From: Acidimicrobiales bacterium
GTDB taxonomy: Bacteria; Actinomycetota; Acidimicrobiia; Acidimicrobiales; Aldehydirespiratoraceae
DNA: 64,000 nt
NCBI GenBank assembly: GCA_965200005.1
Contig: OZ241331.1
Location: 543,770 to 607,769 of the forward strand
Direction of reading: 5' to 3'
A program made the position numbers and the translations under genes. Below are positions 16,967-26,479 of the stretch, one piece after another. Within the stretch, counting starts at the first letter, position 1. Every line of letters starts with the position of its first letter. The notes beneath the pieces were generated by a model. It ran no database searches. It saw only the letters and a program-made list of their open reading frames with translations, and had not been told where the DNA came from.

Positions 16967-17099
16967 CAGTCATCACTCTTCCTCCTCGTTGATCGCTGGC
17001 TGAGGGGCGCTCGACTAGGAGGCACGTTGAACAGGATCACAACTGAGCGAGCCGGCCCCATACAGACTCACACACCACTAACTGCCCATCGGTCGTGCG

Positions 17100-18500
17100 T
17101 CACAAAGTCGGCCGTGCGAGGCGTCCCCACCCGGGCTCGCCCACCACTTTGCGATCGACATACACGTCACGGCCACGCACCAACGTGCGATGGATGCGTC
17201 CCTTCGTGACCCGACCGTCATAGGGAGTCCAGCCGCACTTCGACAGCACCGTGTCTGCGGAGTGTCGAGTTTGATCCGCAGGATCGAAGATCACTACGTC
17301 AGCGTCATAGCCGGGCCGCAGGAAGCCCTTAGAAGCCAACTTGAACTCCTCGGCAGGCTCCTCAGCGACCACCTCAGCGACACGGGTGAGCGAGATCATG
17401 CCGTCAATTGAGCAGTCCAGCAGCATCGGATACTGCTCCTGGATCCCAGGTGTGCCCGTGTGGCAGGCCCAGCAGTCCTCCCAGCCGATCTCCTTTTCGG
17501 CCCGGGTGTGGGGTGCATGATCGGAGGACAGCATGTCGATCGTGCCATCGTTGAGCGCCTCCCAGACGGCTTCGCGGTGATGGTCGGGCACCCAATATGA
17601 CAGTGCATATGGACCTAGGCGTTCAATGTCGATCCAGCGTGACAGGAACAGTGCCCAGTGATTGACCTCGCAACTCACATTGACACCACGCTCTTTGGCT
17701 CGACGCACCAACTCCACAGAACCAGTCGTTTGCATATGAACAATGTGCAGTTTGGTGCCGGTCGCCTCGGCCATCTGCAAGATCACTGCGATGGCCGCAT
17801 CCCAAATCAACCCGTTGTGGGTAGCAAGCGTCTGCGCGTAAGCAGCGGGGCTGCGATCACCCCTGTCCCAATGGGTCTTCTCGGTGACATCCATGATCGC
17901 CTGATCGTGAGGGTGGATCATGAACGGCAAACCGGTCGGGCCGATCGCTTCGAACATGCGCAGCAAGTGGCCATGATCGTGAATGCCAGTGCCGCTCGGA
18001 TGGGGATAGTCGCGGCCCGTGTCAACCACCATGTAAATCTTGAAGGCAGCCACACCAGCGTCAGCCATGGGCTCCACTTCATGAAGCACGCTAGGAACCG
18101 GGTTGTGGTTCCAGTCGACGAGGCTCTTGGAGTCGTACAGATCAAATAGTTCCTCAAGCAACTGACGAGTCTTCGTTACCGGGTTCAGGTTGGGCATACC
18201 GAACACGGTCGTCACGCCGCCAGCAGCCGCAGCCTGTGTGCAAGTACTTATGTCTTCTTTGTGGACATAACCCGGTTCGCATGCACGAAGATGCACATGA
18301 ACGTCCACCATTCCGGGCAATACCCACTTGCCGGTGGCATCTATGCGTTCCACCGTTTCGTCCAGCGGGATTGCATCTGGTGCAGAGATAGCTGCGATCT
18401 TCTCGCCAGCTATCAACAGATCGCCGTGAAGGGTGCCCGAACCAGAGACGATCGTGCCACCGGAAATGACCCGATCAATCTTCGCCAAGCCAGAACCCAT
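17100..18500 (-). CDS. Cyclic amidohydrolase (dihydropyrimidinase/allantoinase/dihydroorotase family)
   Basis: 466 aa. PGMVDVHVHLR metal motif, and a later SDHAPH motif. Confidence 0.85.
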   Translation of the reverse strand: MGSGLAKIDRVISGGTIVSGSGTLHGDLLIAGEKIAAISAPDAIPLDETVERIDATGKWVLPGMVDVHVHLRACEPGYVHKEDISTCTQAAAAGGVTTVFGMPNLNPVTKTRQLLEELFDLYDSKSLVDWNHNPVPSVLHEVEPMADAGVAAFKIYMVVDTGRDYPHPSGTGIHDHGHLLRMFEAIGPTGLPFMIHPHDQAIMDVTEKTHWDRGDRSPAAYAQTLATHNGLIWDAAIAVILQMAEATGTKLHIVHMQTTGSVELVRRAKERGVNVSCEVNHWALFLSRWIDIERLGPYALSYWVPDHHREAVWEALNDGTIDMLSSDHAPHTRAEKEIGWEDCWACHTGTPGIQEQYPMLLDCSIDGMISLTRVAEVVAEEPAEEFKLASKGFLRPGYDADVVIFDPADQTRHSADTVLSKCGWTPYDGRVTKGRIHRTLVRGRDVYVDRKVVGEPGWGRLARPTL

Positions 18501-18621
18501 CAGCCTCCCTGTCTCCCCCAGCCGCCACCACTGTCAGATAACGGATCAAACTGTATGCAATCTTCTCTCGGCCTCAAGGTCGCCAATAGGGTGCCCGTGA
18601 CCGTTGAGCTCTGCGACAGGA

Positions 18622-19032
18622 TCATGGCACGATCTTGAAGTGACCACCAAAGAGCGGACGCATGACCCGAAAGTGCTTGTGATCAAGTGTCAAGATCGTG
18701 CGTGTCCTATAGCGATGCGCCAACACCACCAGTGAGGCGTCAGTAATCCCGATGTTCATCTTCTCGTAGCGCTTCACGACTCGCCGAGCGGCCTTGACAT
18801 CAGCAGCCTTCATGTGAGGCAGTTCATAGGCGCCTGCCGACAACTCGGCCAGAACCCCCAACTCAGCGGCCACTCCTACTCGGGTTGAAATTAGGTAGTC
18901 AAGCTCAGCAACCACGTAGGGCGAGACAACCATCATGGGTTCAGTTGAGAGCAACCACTTCACAACCGCATCGTGTTCAACCCCAGACTCGCTATAGAGC
19001 GCTACCAAGGCGCTCGTGTCAGCAATAATCAC
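18622..19032 (-). CDS. vapC: PIN-domain toxin VapC
   Basis: VIIADTSALVAL N-terminal acidic motif and ITDASLVVLA. The GTG start overlaps the VapB stop (GTGA). Confidence 0.8.
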   Translation of the reverse strand: MIIADTSALVALYSESGVEHDAVVKWLLSTEPMMVVSPYVVAELDYLISTRVGVAAELGVLAELSAGAYELPHMKAADVKAARRVVKRYEKMNIGITDASLVVLAHRYRTRTILTLDHKHFRVMRPLFGGHFKIVP

Positions 19033-19238
19033 TGCTCGCCGAAACCGTCCAAGTAACGATCGACGTTGTTCGCCCATGCGCTGTCGCCGGGAATGAACCC
19101 ATACCGGGGCTTGGGGCGTGATAACGAGTCACGAAGTGCTTGGCGAATCACCTCGGCTTCTGAACACCCACGCTGCCGTGCCATCTCGGTGACAGCCCGC
19201 TTGAGACTCTCCGGCAAGTACACGGTCGTTTTCTTCAT
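19029..19238 (-). CDS. vapB: Ribbon-helix-helix (CopG-type) antitoxin VapB
   Basis: 69 aa. MKKTTVYLPESLKRAVTEMARQRGCSEAEVIRQALR is a typical RHH. Confidence 0.8.
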   Translation of the reverse strand: MKKTTVYLPESLKRAVTEMARQRGCSEAEVIRQALRDSLSRPKPRYGFIPGDSAWANNVDRYLDGFGEQ

Positions 19239-19288
19239 GCCATATACGGTACCACCGCTAGCGCTCCAAGTGCCGGTTGATGAGGGCG

Positions 19289-20275
19289 TTAGGCATCGTC
19301 GGGGGCGCGGACTAGGAGGGTTGGGGGTTCAGGGAGCGAGCTCTCGTGGACTTGTACGGCTCCGCCGTTGAAGTGCTGGCGGTACCAGTCGACCATCTCT
19401 GGGATCACAGCGGGGCCGTACTGTCGGTAGGCTGCGTAGTGGGTGGTGTGACGTTGCATCACCAGTTTCTTGGGGGCATTAGCTCGCTCGTAGAGCTGCA
19501 CCGCATGGTCGGTTGGGGTGACCGCGTCATCATCGACGGCGATGATCATCAGCGCTGCGGGTGCCACCCGGTCAACTACATCAATGGGTCGGTAGTCAAG
19601 GATCGCTTCAGCGCAGCGCAGCGGCACTGACGACGGGATCCGGTCGTCCACATCGGCCTTCACCTTGGAGGCTCGCCGCTCCGGTGTAGGCACCATGATC
19701 TCCTCGCGAGGATGCACCATCTCGCCCGATCCCGTGAGCACACGCTGACGCCGGTCAGCCTCTAGTCGATCAAGGAACTCATACCACTCATGCTCACGAC
19801 GCATCCGCCGCAGCCAATCCTCACCATCGGCAACCGGCACTTGCGACACAGATACCCGCACCCGACGATCGGCCGCTGCTAGCAGCACCGCGTTACCACC
19901 GCCGGTGCCACCGCTACCAAACACACCGATGTTGTCGGCATCCACATCATCGCGAGTGCGTAGGTACGTAACGGCGTTGATCAAGTCCTCAAGTTGATGC
20001 TGCGGCAACAGAATGCCCCTGTCTCCGCCAGAGTCTCCAAAGCCCCGGTAGTCAAAGATCAGCACCATGAACCCGGACGCAGTGAGCGCTTCGTGGTAGG
20101 GCACGTAAAGTTTGGCGTCCTTGAGTCCCAGCCATCCGGGGCCTTGCACGATCGCAGGCATCCGCCCGTCAGGGTCATCGGTAGTGCGAAGCAGTCCGCT
20201 GAGACGAACACCCTCACTAAAGAACGTAACCCGACTTTCACGCATTTTGCGTTCCCTTCCATCTCTGTTATTCAC
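19289..20275 (-). CDS. Alpha/beta hydrolase
   Basis: 328 aa. DYRGFGDSGG and a nucleophile-elbow-like IGVFGSGGTGG; C-terminal HTTHY. Confidence 0.7.
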   Translation of the reverse strand: MNNRDGRERKMRESRVTFFSEGVRLSGLLRTTDDPDGRMPAIVQGPGWLGLKDAKLYVPYHEALTASGFMVLIFDYRGFGDSGGDRGILLPQHQLEDLINAVTYLRTRDDVDADNIGVFGSGGTGGGNAVLLAAADRRVRVSVSQVPVADGEDWLRRMRREHEWYEFLDRLEADRRQRVLTGSGEMVHPREEIMVPTPERRASKVKADVDDRIPSSVPLRCAEAILDYRPIDVVDRVAPAALMIIAVDDDAVTPTDHAVQLYERANAPKKLVMQRHTTHYAAYRQYGPAVIPEMVDWYRQHFNGGAVQVHESSLPEPPTLLVRAPDDA

Positions 20276-20584
20276 TCAAGGACACGTGTGTTATCGCATC
20301 TCGGAGCGGATTGGTCAGCGACTTGGGTCACAACCGGGCCACTCCGGAACGTCATTCTGAGTTGATCGTCCCCGAACTCGGTTTCCGATATCTCTACAGC
20401 AACCACTCCGGGCATACAATTCGACCTTGCCGAGGATCTAGACGGCTCGCGAGCACAAACCGTGCGCAAGCTGAAGGCCCAGATCCGCGGTTGGGGGGTA
20501 CACCCAGGATCGTGCTAGCAAAGTCTGCGCGCTGGCACCATCCAGACAGCCAAGAAGTCGGACAAATGAACAGGAGCAACCCAG

Positions 20585-21334
20585 ATGGCCGAGCTGATAG
20601 CACCAGGCGAGTTCAGAGTCGCTTTGGAAGAGGCGTTCTCGGGCACGATGGCCAAAGACGCTTCCTTTAGCCGCGCTTGGGCCAAGGGAAAACTTCTCAA
20701 GCAGCACTTTGTGAATTGGGCGACTAATCACTATCACTACATCGGCCCGTTCGGTGACTACCTGGGCCTCATGTATGCCAACACTCCCGACTATGCACGT
20801 GATGCCAAAGACTTCCTGTTGCAGAACATGTACGAAGAGGAGTTGAGCGACGACCGTCACACTGATCTGCTGATCCGCTTCGCTGAAGCATGTGGCGGCA
20901 CCCGTGCATACATGCAAGATCGCAACAACGCCATGCCCTTCACCAAGGGTCTGCAGGGCTGGATGTACTACGTGTCCGGTCGTGAAAACTTTGTGGTCTC
21001 TTCAGCAGCATTGATCGTGGGTCTTGAGTCGCAAGTGCCGTCGATTTACCGGACGCAGTACCCGACCCTCATCAATAAGTACGGCTTCTCTGAGTGGGAA
21101 GCCGAGTTCTTTGACCTGCACATTACGTCTGATGAGATTCACGGTGAGCGTGGCTATCAGATCGTGCTCAAGTACGCGGATACTCCCGAATTGCAGCAGC
21201 GCTGCTTGCACTTTGTGCGTGAGGCAGCGGACATGCGTTTCGCTTATACCAAGGCTCTGTATGAGCACTATGTCGAGCCCGACCTTGGGCCGTGGGTCGA
21301 ACTGGAGCATCGCGAGCCTGCGCTCGTCGCCTGA
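20585..21334 (+). CDS. PqqC/TenA-like heme-oxygenase-fold iron-containing redox enzyme
   Basis: 249 aa. FVNWATNHYHYIGPF...LLQNMYEEE...HTDLLIRFAEACG pattern of the Haem_oxygenase_2/PqqC family. Confidence 0.7.
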   Translation: MAELIAPGEFRVALEEAFSGTMAKDASFSRAWAKGKLLKQHFVNWATNHYHYIGPFGDYLGLMYANTPDYARDAKDFLLQNMYEEELSDDRHTDLLIRFAEACGGTRAYMQDRNNAMPFTKGLQGWMYYVSGRENFVVSSAALIVGLESQVPSIYRTQYPTLINKYGFSEWEAEFFDLHITSDEIHGERGYQIVLKYADTPELQQRCLHFVREAADMRFAYTKALYEHYVEPDLGPWVELEHREPALVA

Positions 21335-21346
21335 TTGGGTTGGCCC

Positions 21347-21454
21347 GTCATGCCATAGCTCATAGTCATGCCCCATAGCTCATAGTCATGCCCCATAGCT
21401 CATAGTCATGCCCCATAGCTCATAGTCATGCCCCATAGCTCATAGTCATGCCCC
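21347..21454. repeat. Tandem direct repeat, 20-bp period, 5 full copies plus a partial one; each copy carries an ATG
   Basis: Unit CCATAGCTCATAGTCATGCC, with copies at 21353, 21373, 21393, 21413 and 21433. ATGs at 21350, 21368, 21388, 21408, 21428 and 21448. Confidence 0.95.
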
Positions 21455-21810
21455 GAATTCACTTCAAGACCACAGACAACTATGTGGAGTTCGCTGATGG
21501 CGATGAGGTGAACATTCTGCGGATGTCGATCAGAGCCGATTGTGGTGTGCCCTGGAAGTGTGCGAGCGGTAACTGCGGCACCGATCGATTGCTGGTGGAA
21601 GAGGGGGCAGAGAATCTTGATCCTCCCCGGCGTCGCGAGCGGCTGCGTCTCGGTGAACTGCTTAACCAGGGGTATCGACTCGGTTGTCAGACGTATACCA
21701 GCGGTGACGTGACCGTGAGCTGGGATCCTGATCAGAAGGGCCTGGACGAGGACTCTGCTGCGGGTAAGCGCCTCAAGGCGAAGTGGCTTGGTGCTGCAGA
21801 TACCGACTGA
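21448..21810 (+). CDS. 2Fe-2S ferredoxin-like protein with an atypical ligand motif
   Basis: 120 aa. CASGNCGTD...GCQTY gives C-x4-C-x2-D where the third Cys is expected (Asp codon 21583-21585). The start codon is the last ATG of the tandem repeat. Confidence 0.55.
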   Translation: MPRIHFKTTDNYVEFADGDEVNILRMSIRADCGVPWKCASGNCGTDRLLVEEGAENLDPPRRRERLRLGELLNQGYRLGCQTYTSGDVTVSWDPDQKGLDEDSAAGKRLKAKWLGAADTD

Positions 21811-21846
21811 GCGATAGCGCCGATAGAGCGAGGAGCAGCAGCGGCA

Positions 21847-22191
21847 ATGCCAGCACCAAAGGGATGGTTTGAGGTGGACGCCACCACCGATCAACTCGCC
21901 GCCCGCAAGAAACTGGTGGTGCAACTATTCCGCCACGAGATCTTGTTGCTGTGGAACGATGGCGAACCTGTGGCTCTGTCCAACATTTGCATTCACCGTG
22001 GCCGCAAGCTCAATGAGGGCGTCATGCTTGGCACCCGGCTAGTTTGCGCCGGCCACCAGTGGGCCTATGAGCTCTCAACCGGCTACTGCAAGACCCGAGA
22101 TCGCTACCAGCCCCACTACTCCCTAGACATCCGAGAAGGCCAGATCTTCATCAAGCTCCCCGCCCAAAGAGGTCCCTCCCCAACCCCTTAG
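21847..22191 (+). CDS. Rieske [2Fe-2S] ferredoxin-type small protein (NirD-like)
   Basis: 114 aa. CIHRG...CAGHQW Rieske motif. Confidence 0.8.
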   Translation: MPAPKGWFEVDATTDQLAARKKLVVQLFRHEILLLWNDGEPVALSNICIHRGRKLNEGVMLGTRLVCAGHQWAYELSTGYCKTRDRYQPHYSLDIREGQIFIKLPAQRGPSPTP

Positions 22192-22356
22192 GGCCCCGCT
22201 CAACTAACTCGAAACGAATTCGGGTTCGCAACGGTTGCGGCGAAGATCGCAACGGCAATCGAATCGTCGGTTTCGTACCTTGCGTCTCGGCTACGGCCCT
22301 GCGACCAAGCGCTAACGTTTGCGCGGCAGCCAGAAAGGTTGGGTTGGAGGTTGGAG

Positions 22357-23145
22357 ATGGTTGAACCGAGGCTTCGGCGGTATCGGGCTTATGCCGGGTT
22401 TGTAACTACGCCGCAGTACTTTGACGACTCGCCGCAGCAGTTTTTGCAGGTGGCTCCTAAGGGGACTGGCATCCTTCAGAGGGTCAACCACATTGAGGAA
22501 TACCGCTACGAACTGGATCAACGGGCCACGCATTTTGGCGTACTAGAAGAGTCGGCAATCTGTCTTGGACGTTCCTTTTGTGAAGTGATCGGTCAGGTCG
22601 GTTCCAACTGGGTGCATTGCACCGGCACGTCCCCTACAGAGATCGAGGCGATCTGTGCTGACATCTCCGCCAAGGCCGGGGCTCCGTTCTTTATGGCCGG
22701 TCACTGTCTAGTTGAGGGTTTGCGTGAGATCGGTGCGGAGACGATCACAGTCGCCAACGGGTACTTCCGGTCGGACTGGCGTGACGGCATCAACGGATAC
22801 CTAGAAGCAGCTGGGTTCCGTATCCTGTGGGCCGGCAACCTCGTCGATCAGGGGATACTGGCAGATCTCGACGAGATGCTTGAGGTTGAGGCTGCCACCT
22901 TGTGGGATTACCCGAATAACCTGATGATCTCAGCCGCTGTTGATGCTCACAGCCGGGCGCCTAAGGCAGACGCCATCGTCCAAACTGGCGCAGGGTTTCG
23001 CATGTTGCAGGTTGTCGACACGATTGAAGGCCACACCTTGACACCAGTAGTGGCATCAGATTTTGCTCTCTACTGGGCCATGCTCAAAGAGCTCGGGCTT
23101 CCAGCCGCTCCCGGCCATGGCCACCTACTCAGCACGGTCTCCTAA
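22357..23145 (+). CDS. Asp/Glu racemase superfamily protein (maleate cis-trans isomerase/arylmalonate decarboxylase-like)
   Basis: HCTGTS...ITVANGY...DAIVQTGAGF...PVVASDFALYWAMLKELG pattern. ATG 22357 has GGAGG upstream. Confidence 0.6.
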   Translation: MVEPRLRRYRAYAGFVTTPQYFDDSPQQFLQVAPKGTGILQRVNHIEEYRYELDQRATHFGVLEESAICLGRSFCEVIGQVGSNWVHCTGTSPTEIEAICADISAKAGAPFFMAGHCLVEGLREIGAETITVANGYFRSDWRDGINGYLEAAGFRILWAGNLVDQGILADLDEMLEVEAATLWDYPNNLMISAAVDAHSRAPKADAIVQTGAGFRMLQVVDTIEGHTLTPVVASDFALYWAMLKELGLPAAPGHGHLLSTVS

Positions 23146-23297
23146 CTAACACCACTGACGCCCGACCGACATCCGACCGAGATGATCGATCCAGGTGGTC
23201 ACGCTCTTGTGTGTGGGCTGGATCACGCCACGCCTTGAGAGCGTGCGTCAGGAGGATCCACGAAACCAACAGACGTATTGGACTTAGGCGTATTCGA

Positions 23298-24413
23298 CTA
23301 GCGGAAACGGGCGGGGTCTAGGGCGGCTTCGGTCTCAGGAGATAGAGATTGCAGGCCACCTGTATTGAGAATCTGATCAGCGGTGAGTTGGCCAAGAGCG
23401 GGTGATGTCTTGATGCCGTAACCGCCTTGGCCGGCTAGCCAAAAGAAACCCTGATGGTCGGGGTCGAACCCGACTGCTGGGATGCCATCGGGACTAGAGG
23501 TGCGCAACCCGGCCCAGGTTTGGCGCACACCACGCACTTGCAGTTCGGTGGCGTCTTGGATCTCCTGCACGCCTAGAGCGATGTCTTCGGTGAGTGGTCG
23601 AGCGTCGCAAGGCTCGCTGAGGATCTCATCGGCAGGAGACGCCAGCAGCATCGGCCCCTCGGGTTCGAAGTAGAAGCGATTCGTCACATCCCAAACCATC
23701 GGCCAATCCGTGGTGTCGATCCCCGGTGGCGGGGGGAATACGAATACTGATCGGCGCAACGGACGCAAACCCAGCGGTTCAATTCCTGCGAGTTCAGCCA
23801 CAGCGTCACACCAAGCACCAGCCGCGTTGACGACAACGTCGCAATCCCAGTGCCTGTCATCTGAATGAACCCGCCAATCTGATCGGCGGCGCTTGAGCGA
23901 CCTCACCCCCGAGCCCACAAACAACTTCACACCACGACGGCGCGCGCAGCGCAAGAACCCTTGCAACAAAGCATCCACATCAATGCCCATAGCGTCGGGT
24001 TCAAACAGGCCTCTCACCGCAGCATCGGGGCGCAACACGCCAACTGTCGAGCGGCATCCCTCGTAATCGAGAACGTGAGTCTCGGTGCCAAGAGCCTGCG
24101 CCTCTTCTCGCTTCTCCTCAAGAACATCCAGATCTGTGGCTCGCGCAATCCACAGCAGACCACGAGGCGATAGCAGCCCATGATCGGTGAAGCCGTCAGG
24201 GGGGTCAGCCAGAAACGGCCGGCTCACGGCGGCTAACGAGCAGATCACCGGTGCGCCTGAGGTCTCGGTGAGCAGGGCGGCAGAACGTCCGGTGGCGTGC
24301 ATCCCGGGTTGCGACTCTCGCTCAACCAGCGCAACCGAGACATCCCCAGCGAGGTGATAGGCAGCCGCTGCACCTGCGATACCTGCACCAATCACGACCA
24401 CATCGACATTCAT
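23298..24413 (-). CDS. FAD-dependent oxidoreductase (DAO/glycine oxidase family)
   Basis: N-terminal VVVIGAGIAGAAAAYHLAG Rossmann motif; 371 aa. Confidence 0.85.
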   Translation of the reverse strand: MNVDVVVIGAGIAGAAAAYHLAGDVSVALVERESQPGMHATGRSAALLTETSGAPVICSLAAVSRPFLADPPDGFTDHGLLSPRGLLWIARATDLDVLEEKREEAQALGTETHVLDYEGCRSTVGVLRPDAAVRGLFEPDAMGIDVDALLQGFLRCARRRGVKLFVGSGVRSLKRRRSDWRVHSDDRHWDCDVVVNAAGAWCDAVAELAGIEPLGLRPLRRSVFVFPPPPGIDTTDWPMVWDVTNRFYFEPEGPMLLASPADEILSEPCDARPLTEDIALGVQEIQDATELQVRGVRQTWAGLRTSSPDGIPAVGFDPDHQGFFWLAGQGGYGIKTSPALGQLTADQILNTGGLQSLSPETEAALDPARFR

Positions 24414-24564
24414 CTGATCAGCTTGCCAGGAGTTACCTCAACCCCCTCCAGCAGCACCTTTGACCCAGTGAATCTCCGATTAGCCCAGAAGAACTGACGG
24501 TATACCATTTGCGCGACTAGTCGAAGGATTGGCCCTGTGCATCAAAGGGCCCGGGAGAAGCAGC

Positions 24565-25761
24565 GTGCGCGACGGATTGCGAGTTATTGATACCGACACC
24601 CATGTTTGGCCCTCGGTTGAGGTGTTGAAACGCTATGCCGACAGCGAACTGCTAGCCGTTTGGGACGATGAACTTGGTCGCTTCGAGCGCAAGGTCGAGT
24701 TGCCTCTTACTTATGGCGATCCCGAGGGCCCCTGGACGAATCTCAGCATCGAACCTCGCGGTTACCTCCGTGAGATCGGTGAGAAGTCACAACTAGCTGA
24801 GGAACTAGGCGCCGGTGGCCGTGCAGCCCTCGAAGGCAAGATCCGTGGCCTGGTCGTCACAGAAGACTCGCCCCGTTACGGGGTCGGCCACGACAACGCT
24901 GTGGGGCGCATCGCGGATATGGATCGCGAGGGAGTCGACGTTCACCTGCTCATCCCGGGGACGTGGCCACAGTCGGTCACCGTGTGCTCAACAGCGGTGG
25001 CGACGGGCCTGTATGAGTCCTACGCCCGATACATGAGCGATTTTTGCTCCATTGACAACGACCGCCTCAAGAGCCTGCTGCTGATCGGTGGCGACGATGT
25101 GGAGTGGTCGGTTAGCCACATCGAACGTCACGCCGATGAGCCGTCGGTGTCGGGGGCGATGCTGGCACTGGCTGAAGGCTTCCCGATTGATGATCCCGAT
25201 CTGGAACCGATATGGGCTGCGATGGCAGCAGCTGACCTGCCCCTGCTGCACCACTCTTTCTTCTATGAGCCCCCGTACTTTCCCGGTTACCGGGATGTCT
25301 GGGACAACATCGTCGTGGCTCGCACGGCGGCACATCCCTGGGGTGCGCAGCTACGGCTGGCTTACCTATTACTCTCAGGTGTTTTTGACCGCCATCCGAA
25401 CTTGCGGGTCGGGTTCTCTGAGACTGGCTGTGGCTGGCTTCCCGAGTGGTTGTTGCGCCTTGATGGCCAATCCCGGCATCTCAAGAGCAAGGGACCCGCA
25501 CTCAAGATGTTGCCTTCGGAGTACGCCCAGGCGGGTCACGTTTACTGCGGCATTGAGCTATACGAGGGCCGCAAGATCTATGACTACGTCGACAGTGTGC
25601 TCGGCGACGGTGTGCTGATGTACCAGTCGGACTTCCCTCATGCTCAATGCCGGTTCCCTGACTCGCCGGGTGCGGCCCTGGCCTGGGGCATAACTGATGA
25701 GTCCAAGAGAGAGAAGCTGTTTGCAGGCAACGCCACTCGTTTCTTGCGACTTCAGACGTGA
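24565..25761 (+). CDS. Amidohydrolase_2 (ACMSD-like metal-dependent hydrolase/decarboxylase)
   Basis: VIDTDTHVWP N-terminal metal motif and C-terminal YQSDFPH. GTG 24565 has GGGAGAAG upstream. Confidence 0.75.
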   Translation: MRDGLRVIDTDTHVWPSVEVLKRYADSELLAVWDDELGRFERKVELPLTYGDPEGPWTNLSIEPRGYLREIGEKSQLAEELGAGGRAALEGKIRGLVVTEDSPRYGVGHDNAVGRIADMDREGVDVHLLIPGTWPQSVTVCSTAVATGLYESYARYMSDFCSIDNDRLKSLLLIGGDDVEWSVSHIERHADEPSVSGAMLALAEGFPIDDPDLEPIWAAMAAADLPLLHHSFFYEPPYFPGYRDVWDNIVVARTAAHPWGAQLRLAYLLLSGVFDRHPNLRVGFSETGCGWLPEWLLRLDGQSRHLKSKGPALKMLPSEYAQAGHVYCGIELYEGRKIYDYVDSVLGDGVLMYQSDFPHAQCRFPDSPGAALAWGITDESKREKLFAGNATRFLRLQT

Positions 25762-25855
25762 GCCTCAGCTGAAGATGACCCTGATCACCCGAGCTTGCTG
25801 CTCGGCCAACACCGGCACCGCACAAATGTCAGACCTCAACCAAGGACACTCCTAG

Positions 25856-26479
25856 ATGGTCGAAAGAATCCAAACGCGCCTTCGTGAGCGGGATCGCAAC
25901 ACCGAAGACCGCCACCCGTATGAGGTGTTCTTCTCAACGTTCAAGGAGCGGCGCAACCTGGCCAACAACGGTCAGGTTGTGATCAAGGGCAAGGATCTGC
26001 CGTGGCAGCAATCCCGCCAGGGACGCAGCAAGTACTACCTGCACATGCAAGCCGAGAACCGATCCGTGCAGGACTGGATGGTGTTCCGCAAGGACATCCA
26101 GACCGAGTCGGGGGCCCACACCCATCAGGGAGGGCTGGTCATTTACGTCACGAGGGGTGCGGGCTACAGCGTCTTCGATGGCGTCGAATATCACTGGAAG
26201 CCGGGTGATCTGTTGATACTTCCTGTCAAGCCCGGCGGTGTGGAGCATCAACATTTCAACTACGACGACTCGCAGAGTTCGCAGTGGATCGCCTTCATCT
26301 ACATCCCGTTCCTGTTCCAGACCGGATCGATGCTCGCTCAAGTGAAAGAACAGTCCAACTGGCGGGAGATGGCAGCCAAAGACAGCGATGACGATCGTGG
26401 GAGTAGTAGCGAGGAACTAGATGACGATCCGATCGTGGCCGTAACACGCATTATCGGTGAGCGAGCCGGTGATGTCTGA
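25856..26479 (+). CDS. Cupin-domain protein, gentisate 1,2-dioxygenase-like, with an intact His triad
   Basis: GAHTHQGG...GDLLILP...EHQHFN. Confidence 0.7.
   Translation: MVERIQTRLRERDRNTEDRHPYEVFFSTFKERRNLANNGQVVIKGKDLPWQQSRQGRSKYYLHMQAENRSVQDWMVFRKDIQTESGAHTHQGGLVIYVTRGAGYSVFDGVEYHWKPGDLLILPVKPGGVEHQHFNYDDSQSSQWIAFIYIPFLFQTGSMLAQVKEQSNWREMAAKDSDDDRGSSSEELDDDPIVAVTRIIGERAGDV

Noticed and set aside
20276-20584. Possible riboswitch in the 300-nt leader of the PqqC-like gene (contains GCCACTC, near the B12-box GCCACTG)
   Set aside because: There is only a partial 7-mer resemblance. I could not recognise the other conserved cobalamin, TPP or glycine riboswitch elements. An Infernal scan would be needed to revisit this.
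21347-21454. Possible CRISPR array
   Set aside because: It is a pure tandem repeat with a 20-bp period and no unique spacers, and there are no cas genes in the window.
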